Assembly (NCBI GenBank): GCA_034669905.1
Contig: JAXMOL010000008.1
Span: 96,001 to 160,000, forward strand
Reading direction: 5' to 3'
DNA length: 64,000 bases
DNA from: Candidatus Hydrogenedentota bacterium
Lineage (GTDB): Bacteria; Hydrogenedentota; Hydrogenedentia; Hydrogenedentales; JAEUWI01
A model generated the notes under the pieces. It made no database searches, was not told where the DNA came from, and was given only the letters and a program-made list of their open reading frames with translations. The translations under genes were made by a program, and so were the position numbers. Positions 58,131-64,000 of the stretch are shown here, one piece after another (the first letter of the stretch is position 1; each line of letters starts with the position of its first letter).

Positions 58131-59261
58131 ATGCGCCCTTCCCTACCCGGTTGGAAAGATAAAATCCTCTTCACACCCGGACCCCTGACCACCAGCCAGA
58201 CGGTGAAGCAGGCTCTCCTCCGGGATCTCGGCTCCCGGGACCATGCCTTCATTGAGTTGGTCGCCGCGATTCGGGCGCGACTGCTCCATATCGGACAGGT
58301 AGACGCCGAAACGTACGTCGCGGTGCCCATGCAGGGCAGTGGCACCTTTTCCATCGAAGCCGTCTTCGCCTCGACCATCCGTCCCGGGGGCAAGGTGCTG
58401 CTGGTCATCAATGGCGCCTATGGCGAGCGCATGGCGACCATGTGCGCCATGCTGGGCATCGAAACCACCAAACTCGTTTTCCCCGAGAACCAGGCCCCCG
58501 ACCTCGAAGCGGTACGCGCCGCCCTGGCGGCCGACCCGTCCCTCACCGACATGGCAACGGTTCATTGCGAAACCACCACCGGAATTATCAATCCCGTGGC
58601 GGAACTCGGCGCCCTGGCCAGAGAATTCGGCGTTTCCTACTTTGTGGATGCCATGAGCAGTTTTGGTGCCGTCCCCCTGGATCTCGCGGCGGCCCATATC
58701 GATTACCTCGTCTCTTCGGCCAATAAATGCATCGAAGGGGTCCCAGGATTCGGATTCGTGATTGCCCGACGGGAGGCCCTCGCGGCCACTGAAGGGTGGG
58801 CCCGTAGTCTCAGCCTCGACCTGCTGGCCCAATGGCGTGGGCTCGAGGGCAATGGGCAGTTCCGTTTCACGCCCCCGACCCATGTGCTGTTGGCATTCCA
58901 CCAGGCCCTCCTCGAATTGGAACAGGAAGGCGGCGTCGCGGGTCGGGCAGCCCGCTATGAAGGAAACTACCGCACCCTCATCGAAGGCATGGCCCGCCTG
59001 GGCTTTTCCGAATACCTGCCCCGGGAGAAGCAGGGCTATATCATTACCTCCTTCCTCTATCCCGAGCATCCCAACTGGGATTTCGCCGCCTTTTACGACC
59101 GCCTGAATGCGCGGGACTATGTGATTTACCCGGGCAAAGTCAGCAACGCGGACTGTTTCCGAATCGGGAACATTGGCCGTATCTTCACCTCCGATGTGTT
59201 GGCCCTCCTGGCTGCCATCTCGGATGTGCTGTCTGAGATGAACATCGACTTGAAGGCTTAA
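58131..59261 (+). CDS. phnW: 2-aminoethylphosphonate--pyruvate transaminase
   Basis: [34 protein letters not shown]-lysine [14 protein letters not shown] and VIYPGK. Confidence 0.95.
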   Translation: MRPSLPGWKDKILFTPGPLTTSQTVKQALLRDLGSRDHAFIELVAAIRARLLHIGQVDAETYVAVPMQGSGTFSIEAVFASTIRPGGKVLLVINGAYGERMATMCAMLGIETTKLVFPENQAPDLEAVRAALAADPSLTDMATVHCETTTGIINPVAELGALAREFGVSYFVDAMSSFGAVPLDLAAAHIDYLVSSANKCIEGVPGFGFVIARREALAATEGWARSLSLDLLAQWRGLEGNGQFRFTPPTHVLLAFHQALLELEQEGGVAGRAARYEGNYRTLIEGMARLGFSEYLPREKQGYIITSFLYPEHPNWDFAAFYDRLNARDYVIYPGKVSNADCFRIGNIGRIFTSDVLALLAAISDVLSEMNIDLKA

Positions 59262-59276
59262 GCCGCCCCTTACCCT

Positions 59277-60119
59277 ATGGAGAAACCCATGGAATTCTTT
59301 ACCCAACGCCAGTATCGGGGTCCCTTGAAGGCCGCCATTTTTGATTGGGCCGGCACCACGGTGGACTATGGCTGTCGCGCCCCTGCCGGAGCCTTTCAGG
59401 AGCTTTTTCGCCAACATGGGGTGGAAGCCACCATCGCCCAGGCCCGGGAACCCATGGGCATGCACAAGCGGGACCATATCGCCACCATGCTCGCCATGCC
59501 CGCCCTTTCCGCCCAGTGGGAAACGGCACATGGTGCCCCCTACACCGACGATGATGTGGAGGCCCTGTTTCAGCAATTCATCCCCCTCCAGCTGGCGGCC
59601 CTGCCCAATTTCGTGGACCTTATTCCCGGGGTTGTGGACACGGTGGATGCGCTGCGCAAACGGGGGATGAAGATTGGGGCCACGACGGGCTACAACGAGG
59701 AAATGATGGCCATGTGTCAGGAAGCGGCCGCGAAGGCCGGCTATGTCCCCGACGTCAGCGTGGCCGTTACGCAGGTCCCGGCGGGCCGTCCCGCTCCCTG
59801 GATGGCGGTCAAGGCCGCGATGGCGTTGCAGATTTTCCCCTGGGAGGCCATTGTAAAAGTCGGCGACACCGTAACGGATGTGCTGGAAGGCCTCAATGCC
59901 GGTATGTGGACCATTGCCGTGACGAAAACCGGGAACGAAGTGGGGCTCTCTGAGGCGGAGGTCGCGGCCCTTTCCGACACGGAACGGGTTGCACGCATCG
60001 ATCGCGCGGCGGCCAAACTCGCCCAGGCGGGTGCCCACTATATCGTGGAAGGCGTCGACGAAATAGTGCCCGTGTTGGATGAAATCGACGCGCGTCTGGC
60101 CCGGGGTGAACGACCCTGA
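59277..60119 (+). CDS. phnX: Phosphonoacetaldehyde hydrolase (phosphonatase)
   Basis: FDWAGTTVDYG, PMGMHKRDHI (Schiff-base Lys), GRPAPWM and KVGDT...EGLNAG. The start may be 59289. Confidence 0.95.
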   Translation: MEKPMEFFTQRQYRGPLKAAIFDWAGTTVDYGCRAPAGAFQELFRQHGVEATIAQAREPMGMHKRDHIATMLAMPALSAQWETAHGAPYTDDDVEALFQQFIPLQLAALPNFVDLIPGVVDTVDALRKRGMKIGATTGYNEEMMAMCQEAAAKAGYVPDVSVAVTQVPAGRPAPWMAVKAAMALQIFPWEAIVKVGDTVTDVLEGLNAGMWTIAVTKTGNEVGLSEAEVAALSDTERVARIDRAAAKLAQAGAHYIVEGVDEIVPVLDEIDARLARGERP

Positions 60120-60152
60120 TGGGATAATCCCCCCTGCTATTTGGAGTACACA

Positions 60153-60182
60153 CCCCCACCCATCCCGGTGGGGGCATTTTTT
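60153..60182 (+). terminator. Rho-independent terminator after phnX
   Basis: CCCCCACC...GGTGGGGG followed by CATTTTTT. Confidence 0.75.
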
Positions 60183-60368
60183 CCGCCCGGCGGTGACCTG
60201 AATCCCCCCTCCCATGGAATCTATGGTGCAGAGGGCATTCCTATCATTCCGAGCCGACTTCCCTTCGATTCAGGCCCCCACCGCCGTCCGGGCGGGGCGT
60301 TACGGTGTGCTATACTGGCCGTTGAATCAATTCTCAGAAACTTTTGACGCGATCCCACGAGGTATTTC

Positions 60369-61583
60369 ATGAAACGCACCGGTATACGATCCTTTCTCTG
60401 TCTTTTCTGCCTGGCCCTCGCGCCCGGCTATGCCATGGCCGATGCGGTGGATGGCGCCGCAGCGCCTGATGCCGCCGCCGATCTCCTGGCAGCCTCCCAG
60501 TATCTGAATGAGCTGCCGGCCTTTTCCGTGGCCGTGGCCATGACCTTCGACTTGACCGGCCCCGATGGGCAGAACGAGTCACTGACCCTCAACGGCACCC
60601 TGGATTTCGCCGGAGAGGAGCAAGCCCGCTTCAAAGTCGTGGCACCCGATGAATCCATGGAACTTTTCGTTTCGAAGGACGCGACGTTTCTCTTCCTGAA
60701 AGAAATGAATCAGTACATGGACGGCGCCATCCTCGGTAGCCGGGAGAAAGCCCTGACCGCTATCCCCGCCGGCCCCTTCCGCGGTGCGCAGAAACTCCTG
60801 AGCGATTATGTACACATGGCCCCTGATTTTAAGCGAACCCTGGATGCGTCCACGGTTACCGTGGCCACAGGCGCGCCCGCAGCGGGTATGAACACCTTTC
60901 GCGTCCAGGGTGATGGTATCGCCACCGAGTTTCAGATCCCCGGCGAGGGCAACCCCACGGTGAAACAGTTCATGCTGGACCTCACGGAATTGGCGAAACA
61001 GGGCAATGCGGATATTCAGCGCGCCCACGTGACCTACACCTTCTCTGACTGGAACGTGGCACCTGAGTTTGCCGCCGACCACTTTACCTTTGCCATCCCC
61101 GAAGGGGCCACTCCCTTTGAACCCCCTTCACGGCAGCAGCCTGCGGAAAGCCCCCTCATTGGTAAGCCCGCACCCGAGTTCACCATCCCCCTCTTCGCCG
61201 GTGGTGACCTGGACCTCGCGGCCCTCAAGAAGGAAGACAAAGTCGTCATCCTCGATTTCTGGGCTTCCTGGTGTGGCCCTTGCCGCATCGGCCTGCCCAT
61301 CCTCACCAAGGTCGTTGAGAAATACAAGGACAAGGGCGTGGTCCTCTATGGCATCAACGCCGGTGAAGACGAAGCCACCGTACAGGCCTTCCTGGAACAA
61401 ACGGAACTCGACCTGACCGTGGCGATGGACCCGAAGCGCGCGGCCCAGCGTGCCTATGGCGCCAACAGCCTGCCCACCACTGCCATCATCGGCAAGGATG
61501 GCGTGGTCCGCGAAGTACACATCGGCGTGAGCCCCACCCTCGAGCAAGACCTCGACAAACTGCTGGCCGAACTCACCGAATAG
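60369..61583 (+). CDS. Secreted DUF2092-like plus TlpA/redoxin fusion protein
   Basis: Signal peptide and an N-terminal domain ending FSDWNVAP...FTFAIPEGA. C-terminal GKPAPEF...LDFWASWCGPC...LPTTAIIGKDG. Confidence 0.82.
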   Translation: MKRTGIRSFLCLFCLALAPGYAMADAVDGAAAPDAAADLLAASQYLNELPAFSVAVAMTFDLTGPDGQNESLTLNGTLDFAGEEQARFKVVAPDESMELFVSKDATFLFLKEMNQYMDGAILGSREKALTAIPAGPFRGAQKLLSDYVHMAPDFKRTLDASTVTVATGAPAAGMNTFRVQGDGIATEFQIPGEGNPTVKQFMLDLTELAKQGNADIQRAHVTYTFSDWNVAPEFAADHFTFAIPEGATPFEPPSRQQPAESPLIGKPAPEFTIPLFAGGDLDLAALKKEDKVVILDFWASWCGPCRIGLPILTKVVEKYKDKGVVLYGINAGEDEATVQAFLEQTELDLTVAMDPKRAAQRAYGANSLPTTAIIGKDGVVREVHIGVSPTLEQDLDKLLAELTE

Positions 61584-61608
61584 CTTTTTCTAAGTAACTC
61601 GAAACGAC

Positions 61609-61643
61609 ACGCGCTCCCCTCATTAACGGGGAGCGCGTTTTTT
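61609..61643 (+). terminator. Rho-independent terminator
   Basis: ACGCGCTCCCC...GGGGAGCGCGT followed by a T-run. Confidence 0.88.
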
Positions 61644-62001
61644 ATTGACGGGGCATCTCAGGGGCTGCCTCGCCCATCGTGATTGCGGGTAGGTGACAGG
61701 GCCGATGGCCCGCTCATGTCGTCGTTACCGGCCACTTCGTGAATGACGCTACCGAGAGGACATCTCGGTGACCAACCGTTCATAGCCCAAGAGATGGCTT
61801 GTATGGCACCGGTCTCTCTGTTACATTTGATTCCAACAACCCAACTCGAAATGCACACCGCGCCGGTCCCAATCCAAGAACCCAAACATCAGAACGCGGA
61901 CCGATAGTACGCAATTTACTTCAGAGGAACGAGAACCCATGCCGCTCACCACAAGTATCACCCTTCGTTCAGATAAATGTAGGCCGTTGCGGGTGGCCAG
62001 C

Positions 62002-63291
62002 ATGGTGCTTCCCGCACGCCTCGCCATTATGCTTTCACTGACGCTGCTGGTGGAAGCTACCTTGGCGCAGACGGTTCAGTTCAAGGCCGTGGGCACCGAG
62101 CCCGAGGCAGATCGCGCCCTTGCGTGTCGCAGCCTGATTGTGGGCCCCTGGAAAAACCAGCCGGAAGAATACGAAGGCTATAACGGCTTTGTGGGATGGC
62201 CCGGCATATCACGTCTGGCGTCGGGACGGTGGGTGCTTGCCTTCACGTCGGGCACGTGGCACGCCACGCCCCCCTGGACGGAGGAAATTCGAAAAGAAGA
62301 AGGCGTGCTGGAGCGTTTCGAGGCGTGGCACGAAATTGGTCTTCCCGACATACGGGCCCCGCGCGGTGGCCGCGCCCATGTCATGCACTCGGACGACGAA
62401 GGAATCACATGGACCACACCGACCACGCTGGTCGATACGGAAGACGACGACCGTCATCCGGCTATCCTGGAACTGGACAACGGGACGCAGATCGCCACGT
62501 TCTTCACCTACCGCTTCCCCCGGGAGGCCTACGCGAAATATATCCTCTCCCACGATGGCGGCGAAACGTGGACGGAACCCATGGATGCCTTGGGAACGCC
62601 CACGAAGGGCGGCTTTGGCAACGGTCCGGTCATCCAACTGAAGGATGGCACCGTGTTGTGGGTGGCCGAAGGAAATTTCGACGTGGCCCACGGGCACAGC
62701 TCGATCGGCGTCATGCGTTCCGAAGACCATGGCAAGACCTTCCAGCTTGCTTCCGTGGTGAAACGGGACCATGAACTGAATGAACCCACGGTGACAGAAT
62801 TACCAGACGGACGTCTCGTCATGGCGATCCGACGCGAAGGGGACATCTGCTGGTCGGACGACGGCGGACGGACCTGGGACATTGCGGACACGACCGATTG
62901 GGGTATCTATGACCCCCACCTCGTATACCTACCCAACGGCGTCCTCGCGCTGTTTCACGGCTCCTACAAGAAGGGCGGCATCCGCGTGCTGCTGAGTCCC
63001 GATGGTGGAGAAACGTGGAACGGCCCGGGCGAAGGCTATGGCTACAGCGTGGACCGCAGCGTCTATGGCTACAGCCACCCCATGGTGCTCCCCGACGGGA
63101 CGGTGTACCTGGTCTATCTCCACACGGGAGGCCATCGTCCACAAGACGCGCGCACCGAGGCCCTGTGGGGCTTGCGTGTGCGGGTCCATGATGACGCCGG
63201 CGGTATCGACATCCTCCCGGCAGCCGGCGCGGGCGATTCGGAGGAATCCGAGGGCGATGGCGGCGATCCAGAATTGGGCGCGAAAGTGTAG
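62002..63291 (+). CDS. Sialidase-like BNR/Asp-box beta-propeller protein, secreted
   Basis: Five Asp-boxes (SDDEGITW, SHDGGETW, SEDHGKTF, SDDGGRTW, SPDGGETW), LNEP and YGYS. Start at 62002 or 62029. Confidence 0.8.
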   Translation: MVLPARLAIMLSLTLLVEATLAQTVQFKAVGTEPEADRALACRSLIVGPWKNQPEEYEGYNGFVGWPGISRLASGRWVLAFTSGTWHATPPWTEEIRKEEGVLERFEAWHEIGLPDIRAPRGGRAHVMHSDDEGITWTTPTTLVDTEDDDRHPAILELDNGTQIATFFTYRFPREAYAKYILSHDGGETWTEPMDALGTPTKGGFGNGPVIQLKDGTVLWVAEGNFDVAHGHSSIGVMRSEDHGKTFQLASVVKRDHELNEPTVTELPDGRLVMAIRREGDICWSDDGGRTWDIADTTDWGIYDPHLVYLPNGVLALFHGSYKKGGIRVLLSPDGGETWNGPGEGYGYSVDRSVYGYSHPMVLPDGTVYLVYLHTGGHRPQDARTEALWGLRVRVHDDAGGIDILPAAGAGDSEESEGDGGDPELGAKV

Positions 63292-63296
63292 ATGCC

Positions 63297-63351
63297 GTAG
63301 GGACGTGTTTTCATATACCCTCCGCAGGGGGCTGGTACAACGCGCCCCTTC
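63297..63351. repeat. Degenerate GTAG-type REP doublet
   Basis: GTAGGGACGTGTT...AACGCGCCCCTTC inverted ends just after the stop codon. Confidence 0.5.
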
Positions 63352-63591
63352 GAGGTGGGCGCTGGCACCCTTCGGCACAACGCGTTGAGGCCCCCATCCC
63401 CAGCGCTGGGCTTAGAAACGAGAAGGACATATCAGCAATTGGTATTCACACCAAAGAATGCATAGAATGCATAGGATAGTGGTTCTCTGAGCCCCCCCGG
63501 GAACTCTTTGCAGCCACCACTTCATCCTGTACGTTTCATACCGAACCATCTCGCGCAGTAAAACTAAGCGGCCTGACGAAAGAGATATTCC

Positions 63592-64000
63592 ATGAAACAC
63601 GACTACGTGCTCTTCCTCAAGAGCCTTATTCTCGTCATTTCTGTGGCAATCGGTGGAGGATTCGCTTCTACCGAAAGCGCTCACGAGGATCCGGACTTCG
63701 TCCCCCGTCCTCGGAAGGTGTCCTTGAAAATCCAGGCAGTCAGCGCAACGGATGGCGCTCCCTTTCAACATTATGTACTTCAGATTCCCGCAGCAAATGA
63801 ACGTCATTGGGCCGTAACTGTGGATAGAGCTGATGGCGTGTACAGCTCCTCCAACACCGCCCTTCTCGGTGCACCTGAGTTTCTCGCCGTGGTTACCGTA
63901 CCGGGATTCGGGCGTGCGGAAATGCGAATCGTTCCGACAGGAATGGATGGCGAAGTTCACCAAATTCCCGTAGAACGAGGAAAGGCGATGTCCGGCTGGA
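63592..64000 (+). CDS. Secreted protein, possibly with carboxypeptidase-regulatory-like beta-sandwich repeats; 3' end outside window
   Basis: My translation from ATG 63592 (MKHDYVLFLKSLILVISVAIGGGFAS...VTVPGFGRAE...IPVERGKAMSGW) is open to the window end. It is missing from the ORF track because it has no stop. Confidence 0.6.
   Translation, partial: MKHDYVLFLKSLILVISVAIGGGFASTESAHEDPDFVPRPRKVSLKIQAVSATDGAPFQHYVLQIPAANERHWAVTVDRADGVYSSSNTALLGAPEFLAVVTVPGFGRAEMRIVPTGMDGEVHQIPVERGKAMSGW

Noticed and set aside
61650..62000. 350-bp intergenic region as possible riboswitch or sRNA
   Set aside because: I could not recognise an Rfam-like motif or a convincing structure by eye. An Infernal scan would be needed.
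63412..63963. 183-aa minus-strand ORF
   Set aside because: The + strand frame from 63592 has a signal peptide and is open to the window end. The minus ORF runs into the 9-bp repeat (ILCILCILW).

Overview
GC-rich, gene-dense bacterial window with about 43 CDS. I saw no rRNA, tRNA, CRISPR array, integrase or transposase. The gene content (DUF1501, five Cys-type sulfatases, DUF1080, BNR proteins, DUF2092-TlpA) suggests a Planctomycetes-like or Ca. Hydrogenedentota heterotroph; this is inference. Main blocks: (1) an assimilatory nitrate/nitrite cluster (NirB-NirD fusion, NarK-type transporter, Mo-nitrate reductase fused to an FAD/NADH module, rubredoxin-domain protein) driven by two divergent sigma-54 promoters; (2) sulfatases and glycan enzymes (CE15-like esterase, DUF1080, BNR-4, GH29 fusion, GxGYxYP, sialidase-like); (3) yhaO-yhaN-tsaA; (4) CMD-ECF41 (SigJ) with a perfect ECF41 promoter; (5) a multi-PAS hybrid kinase, an MshEN-cNMP protein, an M48 protease and glnS; (6) a sugar ABC transporter, sulfatase and PfkB kinase; (7) a CusRS-like two-component system divergent from an EF-hand/collagen-like secreted protein; (8) an S41-like lipoprotein, phnWX and a redoxin. 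The most unusual signals are non-coding. A single GxGYxYP gene sits between two copies of the fucosidase/sigJ convergent junction, and identity between the copies decays outward from a ~93% core, which resembles an integrase-free cassette. There is also a 294-bp tandem REPIN duplication, a REPIN-like palindrome read in frame inside a sulfatase N-terminus, and recurring 9-10-bp-period motifs at gene junctions.
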